DNA from: Candidatus Hydrogenedentota bacterium
Lineage (GTDB): Bacteria > Hydrogenedentota > Hydrogenedentia > Hydrogenedentales > SLHB01
Direction: 5' to 3'
Assembly: GCA_029974275.1 (NCBI GenBank)
Contig: JARKSN010000040.1
Location: 1 to 17,810 of the forward strand
Length of the DNA: 17,810 nt
The notes below the pieces were generated by a model that saw nothing but the letters and a program-made list of their open reading frames with translations, had not been told where the DNA came from and made no database searches. Below, piece by piece: positions 8,052 through 17,810 of the stretch. Each line of letters begins with the position of its first letter. Within the stretch, counting starts at the first letter, position 1. The translations under genes and the position numbers were made by a program.

Positions 8052-8091
8052 AAAAAAACGACACGCCAACGCTTTTCAGCAGAAAGCGCCG
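8052..8091 (-). terminator. Possible terminator after the ABC exporter operon
   Basis: Imperfect hairpin CGGCGCTTT...AAAGCGTTG; the T7 tract is offset by about 8 nt from the stem, so the call is weak. Confidence 0.3.
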
Positions 8092-8185
8092 AAAAAAATG
8101 CAAAAAACCAAGTTCGAGGGAAAATTCCAATGCAGGGGAACACGATTCTCTCCGGGGCGCTCTTTCCGCGCTGGAAACAGGCGAT

Positions 8186-9397
8186 CTATTCATATCGCAG
8201 CGCCTCGACAGGGTCGACGCCGGAGGCCTTGTACGCAGGATAGGCCCCGAAGAACACCCCGACGCCGACGCTAAAACAGAAGGCCATAAGCGCCGACCAT
8301 GTGGATACGGCGGCAGGAAACGCGGGATACGCCAGCCGCAACGCGTAAGCCCCGGCAAATCCCAAGGCGATGCCCACCACCCCTCCGAGCGCGCTCAACG
8401 TAATGGACTCGATCACGAATTGCAGGGCGATATCGCGCCGCGTTGCGCCGACGGCCTTGCGAATGCCGACTTCGCGCGTGCGTTCGCGCACGGACACGAG
8501 CATGATGTTCATGATCCCGATGCCGCCTACCAGCAGCGAAATCGAAGCAATGCCGGCAAGCATGACCTTGAGCGCCGTGAAGATTTTGTTGAAGGTCGCC
8601 AGCATGGTGGTCTGATCGATGATCGTGAAATCCTCGGTGTAGTCGTGCGCGGCGGCCAGCACGCTCTTGATCTGCTTGATCACCGAATCGATATCGTCAG
8701 TGCTCCGTGCGGAGACGCCAATCTCGTAGAGTTCGTCCTCGCCCCCGTGAAAGAGCTGCTGGCCGCTGGACAAGGGGATCAGGACGATATCATCGACGTT
8801 TACGCCAAGCGTGACGCCCTTGGGCTCCATGATGCCAATCACGAGATGCTTGGCGCGGTTAATAAAAACGGTCTGATGCAACGCGGTCTTGCCGCCGAAC
8901 AGTTCCTCGCGAACCTTCATCCCCAAAATGCAAACCTTATTGTTCCGCTCGATATCTTCCTCGGAGATGAACCGCCCGGTCTGTACGTGGATATCGCGCA
9001 CCTGTTCGAACCCGGGCGTAATGGCGATCACCAGCGTGTTGCGCTCGCGTTCGCCGTAACGCACCGTGCCCGCGCCCATCACCAGCGGCGCCATGGCCTT
9101 GATGCCCACGACCTTTCGCTGAAGCTCTTTGGCGTTGGCATACGTCAGCTTGCGGAAACTCCCCGCGACGATGGGCATCATGCCGGAGGTCTCTTGCTTG
9201 CCGGGGGTGATCAACAGCAGATTGCTGCCCATGCCGGCGAATTCCTTCTCGACGTATGTCTGGGCGCCTTCGCCGAGCGAGATAAGCTGGATCACCGACA
9301 TAACGCCGATAATCACGCCAAGCATGGTGAGGGTCGATCGCACCTTGTTCTGCGCGATGGAATCCAGGGCGACCCGCAATAGCTCCAGGGCGTTCAT
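8186..9397 (-). CDS. MacB/FtsX-family ABC transporter permease
   Basis: RSTLTMLGVIIGV, large periplasmic loop, ISLLVGGIGIMNIMLVSVRERTREVGIRKAVGA, C-terminal DPVEALRYE; ATGA overlap with the upstream gene. Confidence 0.93.
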   Translation of the reverse strand: MNALELLRVALDSIAQNKVRSTLTMLGVIIGVMSVIQLISLGEGAQTYVEKEFAGMGSNLLLITPGKQETSGMMPIVAGSFRKLTYANAKELQRKVVGIKAMAPLVMGAGTVRYGERERNTLVIAITPGFEQVRDIHVQTGRFISEEDIERNNKVCILGMKVREELFGGKTALHQTVFINRAKHLVIGIMEPKGVTLGVNVDDIVLIPLSSGQQLFHGGEDELYEIGVSARSTDDIDSVIKQIKSVLAAAHDYTEDFTIIDQTTMLATFNKIFTALKVMLAGIASISLLVGGIGIMNIMLVSVRERTREVGIRKAVGATRRDIALQFVIESITLSALGGVVGIALGFAGAYALRLAYPAFPAAVSTWSALMAFCFSVGVGVFFGAYPAYKASGVDPVEALRYE

Positions 9398-10635
9398 GAG
9401 GCCGGTTCTTCGACGATCCGCAGGCGGGAACCGTCCACAAGGCCCTTGATGCCGATGGACCTGACGATCGTGTCCCCTTCTTTAAGCCCCCCGAGAATCT
9501 CGGTCTTGTTCCAATTCCCGATGCCGCGTTGGATGTCCCGCCGCACGGCGCGGCCCCGTTCCACGAGGAACACGTACTGCTCACGCACAATCGCCTCGCT
9601 CGACACTGCCAAAACGCCGTCCTTCTCGTCCACAAGGATGGTCACGTCCGCCGACATCCCCCCCAAAAATACTTCAGGACGTTCGAGCGCCCGAATGCGC
9701 ACGGTAAGCGTTCGGCTGCGATCGGGATTCAATCGCACCACCGGCGCGATATATTCCACTTCGCCTTGGAAGGCGACATTGCGGTATGCGTCAATGCCGA
9801 TGCGGGCCTTTTGGCCAACCTTGATATCGGCGGCGTTGGCTTCGTCGAAAGGAGCCTCGACATAAACGGCGCTGTCATCCACCAATTGCAACAACGGAAA
9901 GCCCAATCCCACGCCTTCGCCCTGATCGACGAAAATGTCCGCCACGATTCCCGCGAAAGGAGCCCGCACGAATGCCTTGTCGCGCACCGCCTCCGCCACG
10001 GCCACGGCGGCCTTCAGCTGTTCGACGGCGGACTCCGCCGAACGCACTTCCTCCTGCCGCAGGCCGTTCTCGTGTTGCGAGGCGATTGCCGCCGCCGAGG
10101 TCTCCTCCGCGACGCGCAGCGCCAACGCCGCCTTGTCGAGTTCGCTCTGGGAAATGGCGTTCTTTTCCTTGAGGGCCTTGAGGCGCGCGTAGTCGCTGCG
10201 AGCCTGCTCCATCTGGACCTTGGCCTGAGCCACCCGGGTCGCGGCGATGTCCGCGTAAATCGCCGCGGCGATTTTGGCTTGCTGCAACTTGGACGAACCC
10301 ATTTGCAGGTTCGCCATGGCAAGGGCGACTTGCGCGTCCGTCTCTGTATGGTTGAGTTCGATCAGCGGCTGCCCCGGCTGCACCCGGTCCCCTTCCCGGC
10401 AGCGCACGGACGCCACCGCGCCGACCGTTTCCGCCGCAATCTTCGAATCGATCTGCGGCATCACCGTGCCCGCCGAGATCGCCGACACGGTCTGCTCGAC
10501 AAGGCCCCGCGCCACGGTCTCGACCGTCACCGTCAACGGCTTTCCCCGCGACGCCGAGTGCCAGGCGAACGCCCCCAGCCCCGATGCGACCGCCAGCGCA
10601 ACCACGCCGTTCAGGATTCGTTTTTTCGCAGCCAT
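9394..10635 (-). CDS. Efflux periplasmic adaptor (MacA/HlyD-family membrane fusion protein)
   Basis: N-terminal TM anchor, [14 protein letters not shown], long coiled-coil hairpin, [33 protein letters not shown]. Confidence 0.92.
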   Translation of the reverse strand: MAAKKRILNGVVALAVASGLGAFAWHSASRGKPLTVTVETVARGLVEQTVSAISAGTVMPQIDSKIAAETVGAVASVRCREGDRVQPGQPLIELNHTETDAQVALAMANLQMGSSKLQQAKIAAAIYADIAATRVAQAKVQMEQARSDYARLKALKEKNAISQSELDKAALALRVAEETSAAAIASQHENGLRQEEVRSAESAVEQLKAAVAVAEAVRDKAFVRAPFAGIVADIFVDQGEGVGLGFPLLQLVDDSAVYVEAPFDEANAADIKVGQKARIGIDAYRNVAFQGEVEYIAPVVRLNPDRSRTLTVRIRALERPEVFLGGMSADVTILVDEKDGVLAVSSEAIVREQYVFLVERGRAVRRDIQRGIGNWNKTEILGGLKEGDTIVRSIGIKGLVDGSRLRIVEEPAS

Positions 10636-11330
10636 TCGTCCTTCACCAATTTCCCGTCGCGAAAGCTCAAGATACGTTCGGCATGCTCGGCCACGTCGCG
10701 TTCGTGGGTGACCATGATGATCGTATTCCCTTCCCGGTGGAGCGCATCAAATATCGCCAATATGCCCTCGCCGCTGGCCGTGTCCAGGTTGCCGGTCGGC
10801 TCGTCCGCAAACAGAATGGAAGGCTGATTCACCAACGCGCGCGCTATCGCCACCCGTTGCCGCTGTCCGCCCGACATTTCGCTAGGCCGGTGATGCATTC
10901 GCTCCAGCAGGCCGACGGCATCCAAGGCGCGCTTGGCGCGTTCGAGACGCTCCCGTTTGGCCACGCCGCCATACAGCAAGGGAAGTTCGACGTTGCTCAA
11001 TGCATTTGCGCGAGGCAGCAGATTGAAGTTTTGAAACACGAATCCGACGGATTGGTTGCGCACGCGCGCCAAGCGGGCCTCCGGCAAATCGCTCACGTCG
11101 GATCCTTCCAGGAAGTACGTCCCCGAAGTTGGTCGTGATAAACAGCCCAAAATGTCCATCAAGGTGGTCTTGCCCGATCCGCTAGGCCCCATGACAGCGA
11201 CAAAGGTTCCCCGCGCAACGGAAAACGAGACATCCCGCAATGCCTCGACCACTGCCGCGCCCATGACGTAGCGCTTGGTCAGGCCGCGCGTCTCTATGAT
11301 GGGAGCCGTGTCCACATTCGGCATAGCCAT
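10611..11330 (-). CDS. MacB/LolD-family ABC transporter ATP-binding protein
   Basis: [48 protein letters not shown]; 25-nt overlap with the adaptor gene. Confidence 0.93.
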   Translation of the reverse strand: MAMPNVDTAPIIETRGLTKRYVMGAAVVEALRDVSFSVARGTFVAVMGPSGSGKTTLMDILGCLSRPTSGTYFLEGSDVSDLPEARLARVRNQSVGFVFQNFNLLPRANALSNVELPLLYGGVAKRERLERAKRALDAVGLLERMHHRPSEMSGGQRQRVAIARALVNQPSILFADEPTGNLDTASGEGILAIFDALHREGNTIIMVTHERDVAEHAERILSFRDGKLVKDEWLRKNES

Positions 11331-11419
11331 TGGAATATTCCGTCTCGTCGCCCCGGCATCGCGGCGATTGATCGTATCAGAAACACGCCTGCGACTGAAC
11401 TTCTCGCCTCTTCGCGCGT

Positions 11420-13219
11420 TCAGTCGATGGGGATGGGGGAGAGGCTTCGAAGGAAGCCAACAGGCTGCTCCGGCGATACGCCCTCGAATGTGACGCCAAG
11501 ATGCTGCAGCACGACCCCTTCCGCAAGGCGCAAATTTGTCGCGGCTTTCTCGTGGTTCACCAAGGCCTGAACTTCCTGCGTGCGCGCATTGGTGAGGTCC
11601 TCTTGCGTGCGCAACACTTCAAAACTCGTGGAGAGCCCCAATTTGAGCCGCTTTTCCTCTGCGGCGACGTTTGTTTCTTGCAGGGCGCGTGCCTGCCGGG
11701 TGCTGTCAACGAGAATCCGGCTCGTTTCCACCCCCCGCAGCGCCAAACGAACGTTCAGAATGATTTGCTGCTTCACCCGGGCCAGCCGGTCCTCGGCTTC
11801 CCGCGATTCCAGCGACGCTTTTTGATACGCCCCTCGGGCCGCCCGGTTCCCCAGCGAAACCGATCCATCCATGCCGACCGAATAGGAGTTGTCCTTTGCT
11901 CTCCACGTGTTTTCGAGCACCTTCGCTGCATAGTGATTGCGCCCGCCGCCGTAAGCGGAACCGCTCACGTTCAACTGCGGCTGCATGTCCTGGCCCGCCC
12001 GTTTTTCCTGCATCTTGGCATTCTCGATGGTCACCTGGGCTTGATGCACTTCTGGCCGATTTTCGAGCGCAGCCTTCACGCTCATTTCACCGTCCAATGC
12101 GATGTCGTGCAAACTCGGCTCATCCACCGGCACGATTTCCGCCGGCCACAAAAGAGGCGTCCGCTCAGCATTCAACAAATCCTTCAGCCGATCCTCCGCG
12201 TCCCGCACTTGCGAGATAGCGGCGATATAATCGCTTTGCCGCGTCGCAATGCCCGCCTGCGCCTGGATCACTTCCAACGAAGACCCAATCCCGATATCGA
12301 AGCGTTTCTTGTTGATGTCCAGCAACCGCTCCGCATTGGCCAACGATTCGCGCCGGACAACCACGTTCTGGCGCGCGCCCGCCAAGTCCCAATACGCCTT
12401 GATGACGTCCGCCACGCTCGTCATCACCTGGATGCGCAACGCATCCTCGGCAGCCTGCGTGGCGTTCTTGGCGATGCGTATCCGCGTAAGGTTGTAATCG
12501 CTTCCCCGGCCCCGCAAAAGCGGTTGCGACAAGGAAAGCGTCATGCCTCCGGAATACTCTGAAAAGAAACTGTTGAACGTCGTTTCCTCATGACCCAGAT
12601 CGAACGAAGCCTGATACTGCGTTCCCCAAGGCAATTTGCCGTTGAGGGTCGCATTCGAACTGGTGCGATACGCATCGATGCTTGCCACCCCTCCCGTGTA
12701 GGTGCGTACATCGGACCCTGTGGACTGGGCGGAACGGGTATACAACGCGCTGCCCTTGAGCAACGGATCAAACTCGCCCAAGCTGGCAAATGCATCCGCC
12801 TCCGCCTTGAGCGGATTGTACGCGGCAACCTGAATGTCCTGATTGGCGTGCAGCGCCGTTCGCACGCAGTCCAACAACGTCATGGGAACCTGGTCCCGAT
12901 CCGGCAGCGACTCAATGGTCAGGTAATGACGCTCCAGGTGGATGGCGTCCACATCGATAGGAGTCTCGTCCTGAGGAGCGAGAGGAGGCGGCGCGTTCGT
13001 ATCTTCCGACGCGGACGGATCCTTCGGCGTGTCGCTATCCGATATGGCGGCAGGGCTTGCCTCAACAGGCGTTTCCGGCGCCACAGCCCCTGACTCTTGA
13101 TCCGCCGTTCGGTCCGGCGCCCAATCGGACGCGGAAAGAGCGTCTTCCGCCTGCGCCGTGCCCGAAGTCAGGATGGACGCCGCCAGGATCGTCAACCAGG
13201 CAAGAATGTGTCGCACCAT
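11420..13219 (-). CDS. TolC-family outer membrane efflux protein
   Basis: GGAGG RBS and signal peptide (MVRHILAWL...AQA); acidic Pro-rich N-terminal linker; two OEP repeats ([35 protein letters not shown]). Confidence 0.9.
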   Translation of the reverse strand: MVRHILAWLTILAASILTSGTAQAEDALSASDWAPDRTADQESGAVAPETPVEASPAAISDSDTPKDPSASEDTNAPPPLAPQDETPIDVDAIHLERHYLTIESLPDRDQVPMTLLDCVRTALHANQDIQVAAYNPLKAEADAFASLGEFDPLLKGSALYTRSAQSTGSDVRTYTGGVASIDAYRTSSNATLNGKLPWGTQYQASFDLGHEETTFNSFFSEYSGGMTLSLSQPLLRGRGSDYNLTRIRIAKNATQAAEDALRIQVMTSVADVIKAYWDLAGARQNVVVRRESLANAERLLDINKKRFDIGIGSSLEVIQAQAGIATRQSDYIAAISQVRDAEDRLKDLLNAERTPLLWPAEIVPVDEPSLHDIALDGEMSVKAALENRPEVHQAQVTIENAKMQEKRAGQDMQPQLNVSGSAYGGGRNHYAAKVLENTWRAKDNSYSVGMDGSVSLGNRAARGAYQKASLESREAEDRLARVKQQIILNVRLALRGVETSRILVDSTRQARALQETNVAAEEKRLKLGLSTSFEVLRTQEDLTNARTQEVQALVNHEKAATNLRLAEGVVLQHLGVTFEGVSPEQPVGFLRSLSPIPID

Positions 13220-13356
13220 TCGTCCCTCCGCAAAATCGTATCCCAATCCCCATGCTAAGGCCATTACCCGGCACTCAGTAGACTCATTTTTTCCGGAAAC
13301 GGTTTCAGGCCCCTCCAGCAACGCACGTCCCAACGATACAGGAAATCACATCCCGC

Positions 13357-13384
13357 ATGATACCCCATAGTCTGTCGGACGCAA
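13357..13384 (-). promoter_or_regulatory. Putative sigma70 promoter of the tolC-ABC operon
   Basis: TTGCGT-16 nt-TATCAT preceded by a long T-tract (UP-element-like). Confidence 0.5.
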
Positions 13385-13595
13385 AAAAAAAGAAAAACGG
13401 ACGTTCGCGACGCTCGAAGGCTCCATGAAGGGAAAATGCTCGCGTCCAAGCTCCGAAGCCTACGCCGTGCGGCCGCAACCCAAAGATACTCGCAGGGCGG
13501 GACAATCCTTGCTGGCGCGATATGCATGCACCTTCCTCACTCGCATCATCTCCAAATTATGCCAGGAAGACAGGATGCAGGCATAGCGCGATCGG

Positions 13596-13630
13596 AAACG
13601 AAAAGCGCCAGATTCGCCGCTATCTGACGC
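13596..13630 (-). terminator. Rho-independent terminator ending the rplA-metK-small ORF unit
   Basis: GCGTCAGAT-AGCGGCGA-ATCTGGCGC (9-bp stem, one G-U pair) followed by TTTTCGTTT, about 20 nt after the small ORF stop. Confidence 0.7.
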
Positions 13631-13649
13631 CAAATGCCCCCAACGCCAA

Positions 13650-13802
13650 CTACTTCGATCGGGCGAGTATTTCATTCACCTCGGCAAGGACTTTGGCGGC
13701 GATGTCCTTCCGCAGGTCTTCTGAAACCTTATAGTGCTGCGTATGCTCCAGCAATTCGATGGTGCGCAGAGCGACTTGGTAGGCGAAATCGTTCACCTTC
13801 AT
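13650..13802 (-). CDS. Small hypothetical protein, 50 aa (MKVNDFAYQVALRTIELLEHTQHYKVSEDLRKDIAAKVLAEVNEILARSK)
   Basis: Strong AAGGAG SD 7 nt before the ATG, protein-like amphipathic helical composition, TAG stop followed by a terminator; below the ORF-track length cutoff. Confidence 0.8.
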   Translation of the reverse strand: MKVNDFAYQVALRTIELLEHTQHYKVSEDLRKDIAAKVLAEVNEILARSK

Positions 13803-13887
13803 GTCAGGGCTCCTTATAGGTCAATTCCCGAGGCATGCCCCATCCTTGCGCTGGCGACGAACTGAACGACGGTTCTGCGCCCCTCGC

Positions 13888-15057
13888 CTACACGCCCGCC
13901 TTTTCGCGCAACGCCTGGGCCTGATCGGTCATTTCCCAGCGGAACCCTTGGTCTTCACGGCCAAAGTGTCCGTACGCGACGGTCTTCTGGAAAATGGGCT
14001 TGCGCAGATCAAGCGTCTCGATGATGGCTGCGGGACGGCAGTCAAAATGCCCCATCACGATCACGCTCAAGGCGTCATCGGCAATCCTGCCGGTGCCAAA
14101 CGAAGTCACGTTGATGGAGACCGGCTTGGCGACGCCGATGGCGTACGCAAGCTGTACTTCGCAACGCTCTGCGAGCCCGGCCGCCACGATGTTCTTCGCG
14201 ATATAACGCGCCATGTAGGCGGCGGAACGGTCAACCTTGCTCGGATCTTTGCCGCTAAAGGCGCCGCCGCCGTGACGCCCCATGCCGCCATACGTGTCGA
14301 CAATGATTTTTCGCCCCGTCAGGCCGCAGTCGCCCACCGGCCCCCCGACAACGAAACGGCCCGTCGGGTTCACATGGTACTTGATATCGCCATTCACGAG
14401 CGCCTTGGGCAAGATCGGATCGCATACTTGCGCAATGACCTGTTCGCGAATTTCGCCCTGGCTGATATCCGGCGAGTGCTGATTCGAGATAACGACGGTG
14501 TCGATGCGGATCGGCTTGTTATCGACATACTCAACCGTAACTTGGCTCTTGCCATCCGGCTGCAACCATGGCAATGTGCCGTTTTTGCGCAACACGGAAA
14601 GGCGCTGGCCGAGTTGATGCGCAAGCTGGATCGGCACGGGCATCAGTTCGGGCGTCTCGTTGCACGCATACCCGAACATCATGCCCTGATCCCCAGCGCC
14701 CTGCTCCCGATCCGTGGTGGCGGTGACGCCCATCGAAATATCCGGCGATTGCTTATCCAACGCAACCAAAACCGCGCAGGAGTTTCCGTCAAAGCCTGAA
14801 TGCCCCCCCACGTATCCAATATCGGTGATGGCATGGCGCACAACCGTCGGATAATCCACCACCGCCTTCGAGGTGATCTCGCCGGCAACCACGCACATAC
14901 CCGTCGTCACCATCGTCTCGCACGCAACGCGACTGACAGGGTCCTGGGCGATCATGGCATCAAGCACCGCATCGGACACGCGGTCTGCAACCTTGTCGGG
15001 ATGCCCCTCGGTCACGGACTCAGAGGTGAATAAAATGCGCCGAGAACTCGCTGACAT
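13888..15057 (-). CDS. metK: S-adenosylmethionine synthetase
   Basis: [64 protein letters not shown] before ATG 15057. Confidence 0.98.
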   Translation of the reverse strand: MSASSRRILFTSESVTEGHPDKVADRVSDAVLDAMIAQDPVSRVACETMVTTGMCVVAGEITSKAVVDYPTVVRHAITDIGYVGGHSGFDGNSCAVLVALDKQSPDISMGVTATTDREQGAGDQGMMFGYACNETPELMPVPIQLAHQLGQRLSVLRKNGTLPWLQPDGKSQVTVEYVDNKPIRIDTVVISNQHSPDISQGEIREQVIAQVCDPILPKALVNGDIKYHVNPTGRFVVGGPVGDCGLTGRKIIVDTYGGMGRHGGGAFSGKDPSKVDRSAAYMARYIAKNIVAAGLAERCEVQLAYAIGVAKPVSINVTSFGTGRIADDALSVIVMGHFDCRPAAIIETLDLRKPIFQKTVAYGHFGREDQGFRWEMTDQAQALREKAGV

Positions 15058-15109
15058 GACGTCGCTCCTTGAGTGATAGGATCCGCATGGCCTCGCGGCC
15101 GCCAAGAGC

Positions 15110-15823
15110 CTAGCTGACGCGGAACATCGACGACAACGCCGCCGTGTCCAAACGAAATCCAGGCCCCATGGTGCTGCTCAACGTGCAGGATCGCAAATAC
15201 GTTCCCTTTGCCGCCGAAGGACGCGCCTTGACCACGGCCTCGATCACGGCCTTGGCATTTTCTTCAATCTGCTCGACCGAGAAAGATGCCTTGCCGACGG
15301 GAATGTGCATATTGGCATTTTTGTCCACGCGAAAGTCAATTTTGCCGCGCCGGATTTCGTCGACTGCTTCGCCCACGTTCGGCGTCACGGTGCCCGCCTT
15401 GGGACTGGGCATCAGGCCGCGCGGTCCCAGGATTTTGCCCAGTTTGCCGACTTGCCCCATCATGTCGGGCGTCGCGACCGCCACGTCGAAATCCGTCCAC
15501 CCGCCCTGGACCTTGGCGACCAGTTCGTCGCCGCCCGCTTCGAGAGCGCCGGCCTCCATGGCGGCCTTCTGCTGCGCTTCCTGCTTGCAGAACACCACCA
15601 CGCGCACCGTCTTGCCGGTGCCATGAGGCAACGAGACCGAGCCGCGCACCATCTGCTCGGCATGGCGCGGGTCCACGCCCAAAAAAAACGCGAGATCAAC
15701 GCTCTCATCGAATTTGGCGTTGGCGCATTCTTTCACCCCCAACGTGGCGTCGCCGAGGGAATAGATCTTGCCTTTGGGATGCTTTTCATGAAGTGCGCGA
15801 ACGCGCTTGCTGTGATGTGCCAT
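15110..15823 (-). CDS. rplA: 50S ribosomal protein L1
   Basis: [54 protein letters not shown] before ATG 15823. Confidence 0.98.
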   Translation of the reverse strand: MAHHSKRVRALHEKHPKGKIYSLGDATLGVKECANAKFDESVDLAFFLGVDPRHAEQMVRGSVSLPHGTGKTVRVVVFCKQEAQQKAAMEAGALEAGGDELVAKVQGGWTDFDVAVATPDMMGQVGKLGKILGPRGLMPSPKAGTVTPNVGEAVDEIRRGKIDFRVDKNANMHIPVGKASFSVEQIEENAKAVIEAVVKARPSAAKGTYLRSCTLSSTMGPGFRLDTAALSSMFRVS

Positions 15824-15833
15824 ATGGTTCTCC

Positions 15834-15864
15834 GTGGTCAAACGGGCCTGCACGGCCCTCCCAC
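15834..15864 (-). promoter_or_regulatory. L1-binding autoregulatory RNA element
   Basis: GUGG-GA-GGGCC-GUGCA-GGCCC-GUUUGA-CCAC: two stems around an asymmetric internal loop, directly adjoining the rplA SD; resembles the GUGGGAG...ACCAC L1 leader pattern. Confidence 0.75.
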
Positions 15865-15925
15865 CCATGTTGCGCGCCTTCCCAACGAAGGCGCCGGTTC
15901 ACAATCGTATGCGGCGCCGAAAGAC

Positions 15926-16363
15926 TTACCCTTCGACGACGATCCCCATGCTGCGCGCCGTGCCCGCAACCATGCTCATCGCCGCCTCAAGGCTGGCCGC
16001 ATTCAGATCCTGCATCTTGAGTTCGGCGATTTCCTTCACCTGCGCGCTGTTTACGGTTCCCACCTTGTTCTTGTTGGGCTGACCGGAAGCCTTGGCAAGC
16101 TTGGCGGCCCGCTTGAGAAGAACGGCGGCCGGCGGACTCTTGGTGACGAACGTGAACGTCCTGTCATCGAAAATATCGATCACCGCAGGGATGATCAAGC
16201 CTTGCTGATCCTTCGTTCGCTCATTGAACTGCTTGCAGAACTCCATGATGTTGACGCCATGCTGGCCCAAAGCCGGACCCACCGGCGGCGCCGGATTGGC
16301 CGCGCCAGCCGGACATTGGAGTTTCACCTTCGCAACCAGGTTCTTTCGCTTTCCCTTTGCCAT
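15926..16363 (-). CDS. rplK: 50S ribosomal protein L11
   Basis: [50 protein letters not shown]; start ATG 16363 after GGAG. Confidence 0.98.
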   Translation of the reverse strand: MAKGKRKNLVAKVKLQCPAGAANPAPPVGPALGQHGVNIMEFCKQFNERTKDQQGLIIPAVIDIFDDRTFTFVTKSPPAAVLLKRAAKLAKASGQPNKNKVGTVNSAQVKEIAELKMQDLNAASLEAAMSMVAGTARSMGIVVEG

Positions 16364-16436
16364 CCCTTTGCTCCATTTCACGCCGGGCCGCCGACGCGAC
16401 CCTCCGGTTCGCGGCCGGACAGCCGGCCCGCAACGG

Positions 16437-17090
16437 TTATATCTTCTCCACCTGCCAGAACTCGACTTCGACGCTCGTAAGGCGTTCGAATATTTCCACC
16501 ATCACCTTCAACGTGCCGCGCTCAACGTTAATCTCGTCCACATTGCCCAGGAAATTCGAAAAAGGACCGTCGATAATCTTGACGCGATCGCCGTGCTCGA
16601 AACGAACCTTCGGCTTTGGCCGCTCGTGCTCCCCGCGGATCTCCTCCAAAATCGCCTGGACCTCGGCATCTTCCAGCGGAACCGGAACCGAGCGAGACCC
16701 AATAAAACCGCTGACGCCGGGCGTTTCCTTGATCATATGCCACAACTCGGCATAACGCTCCGGGTGTTCCGGAAGACGCACCAGCACATACCCCGGAAAA
16801 AACTTGCGCTTGGAGATCTTTTTTTCGCCGCTCTTGATCTCCGCCACCTCTTCCATCGGCACCAGAACATCGGCGACAAGGTCCTTGATGCCAGCCAGCT
16901 CCGCCTGAACCAGAAGATTCTTCTTGACGTTCCCCTCTTGTCCGGAGTAGGCGTGAATGGCATACCACCGCCGACGAATCCCATCATCGGGCTCGACGCA
17001 CGGCGCTTCGGTCGGGACCTCCGGGGATTGCTCCGCCGCCTCGATCTCGACGCGATCATCCTCTTGTTCGGGCGTGTGTTCGCTCGTCAC
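16437..17090 (-). CDS. nusG: Transcription termination/antitermination factor NusG
   Basis: [32 protein letters not shown] motif [38 protein letters not shown] start. Confidence 0.97.
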   Translation of the reverse strand: MTSEHTPEQEDDRVEIEAAEQSPEVPTEAPCVEPDDGIRRRWYAIHAYSGQEGNVKKNLLVQAELAGIKDLVADVLVPMEEVAEIKSGEKKISKRKFFPGYVLVRLPEHPERYAELWHMIKETPGVSGFIGSRSVPVPLEDAEVQAILEEIRGEHERPKPKVRFEHGDRVKIIDGPFSNFLGNVDEINVERGTLKVMVEIFERLTSVEVEFWQVEKI

Positions 17091-17106
17091 CGTTTACTGT
17101 TCCTTC

Positions 17107-17340
17107 CTAGCCCAATCGCAACATCTGCAGAATGGCGAATTGGAACACGACGTCGAACACGAACATGATCCCGCCGATAATCAACAGAAGAAAAGCCACG
17201 ATCCACGTGGAGGCCTTGATCTCTTCCTGCGATGGCCACGAAACCTTGGCCATCTCCGCTTTGACTTCCTGGAGAAACTCCTGAAATCGAGCGATCGGGC
17301 CAAGCTTCACGGGGGCGGCTGCCGTCGTTTGTCTTGTCAT
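17107..17340 (-). CDS. secE: Preprotein translocase subunit SecE
   Basis: FLQEVKAEMAKVSWPS followed by a single TM helix; located between tRNA-Trp and nusG; GAGG RBS. Confidence 0.95.
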   Translation of the reverse strand: MTRQTTAAAPVKLGPIARFQEFLQEVKAEMAKVSWPSQEEIKASTWIVAFLLLIIGGIMFVFDVVFQFAILQMLRLG

Positions 17341-17477
17341 GATATCCTCTTCACCCTTGGCTCGCACATACGCACGAACCCTCTGCGGACCCGCCTCCGC
17401 TCGGCGACGTCCTGTCGCGTCGTCGGCCCGCCCACTTGGTTACGCTTCCGGCGAAAATTTCGCGCTCCTTGCCAAAC

Positions 17478-17553
17478 TGGCAGGGCTGGAGGGACTCGAA
17501 CCCCCAACCTTCGGCTTTGGAGGCCGCTGCTCTAGCCATTGAGCTACAGCCCT
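17478..17553 (-). tRNA. tRNA-Trp (anticodon CCA)
   Basis: AGGGCTGTAGCTCAATGGCTAGAGCAGCGGCCTCCAAAGCCGAAGGTTGGGGGTTCGAGTCCCTCCAGCCCTGCCA: 76-nt cloverleaf, loop CT-CCA-AA, encoded CCA, canonical position upstream of secE. Confidence 0.97.
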
Positions 17554-17681
17554 GCATGAAAACGACCCAGACCGGCTCGACGCATCTCGCGCCGCGCAGC
17601 AAAACCGGCCATCCAGTATGAACCATGAACCGGGGCAAAGTCCACTCGCCATGAATAACGAGGCTTTTCCCCGCTTCTCCC

Positions 17682-17810
17682 TTACTTAATGATTTTGGTT
17701 ACGACGCCGGCGCCGACGGTGCGTCCGCCTTCGCGGATGGCGAAGCGCAGGTTTTCGTTCATCGCGATCGGGGTGATCAGCTTCACCCGCATCGTGATGT
17801 TGTCGCCCGG
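17682..17810 (-). CDS. tuf: Elongation factor Tu, C-terminal fragment (runs off the window)
   Basis: Manual translation [46 protein letters not shown] matches the EF-Tu C-terminus. Confidence 0.97.
   Translation of the reverse strand, partial: PGDNITMRVKLITPIAMNENLRFAIREGGRTVGAGVVTKIIK

Noticed and set aside
8186..13219. Novelty of the TolC-ATPase-MFP-permease operon
   Set aside because: Standard MacAB-TolC-like architecture with no cargo peptide or biosynthetic genes recognised nearby.
13264..13527. 87-aa minus-strand ORF preceded by GAGGAAGG
   Set aside because: Composition is not protein-like, and it runs through a poly-T tract and the putative tolC promoter; a non-coding explanation fits better, though the ORF is not excluded.
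7264..15057. Polyamine pathway/export cluster (pdaD + ABC exporter + metK)
   Set aside because: Separate promoters and terminators, and no speD, speE or speB in the window; proximity alone is insufficient.
15058..15109. SAM riboswitch upstream of metK
   Set aside because: Only 52 nt are available and no SAM-riboswitch consensus is recognisable.
844..16480. Long antisense or alternate-frame ORFs (844-1746, 4207-5175, 5517-6518, 8420-9382, 9529-10827, 11501-12562, 13801-14799, 15305-16480 and others)
   Set aside because: They shadow well-supported genes, lack recognisable motifs, and are expected in high-GC DNA.
1..17810. CRISPR arrays, transposases, integrases, phage or defence genes
   Set aside because: No regularly spaced repeats or relevant protein motifs were seen.

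Overview
GC-rich diderm bacterial chromosomal window (LptB, TolC and a lipoprotein are present), mostly housekeeping, with no recognisable mobile element, CRISPR array or defence system. Plus strand: lptB, a membrane-anchored TPR protein, a URO-D/MtaA-CmuA superfamily protein, and a sensor-only protein (possible degenerate globin + GAF + PAS) transcribed divergently from tRNA-Ala(CGC). Minus strand, right to left: 3' end of tuf, tRNA-Trp(CCA), secE, nusG, rplK, an L1-binding RNA element, rplA, then metK and a 50-aa ORF missed by the ORF track in place of rplJ-rplL-rpoBC; then a terminator, a TolC/ATPase/MFP/permease (MacAB-TolC-like) operon, a pyruvoyl-dependent arginine decarboxylase with its own near-consensus sigma70 promoter, and a DUF2092-like/TlpA thioredoxin lipoprotein. 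The most interesting signal is an Arg-rich upstream ORF (ending [15 protein letters not shown]) whose stop codon overlaps the Shine-Dalgarno of the arginine decarboxylase, a candidate arginine-sensing leader peptide. Other leads are the small protein after metK, the 4-bp anticodon stem of tRNA-Trp, a structured intergenic RNA candidate, and the sensor without an output domain. All calls are by eye; no database searches were run.
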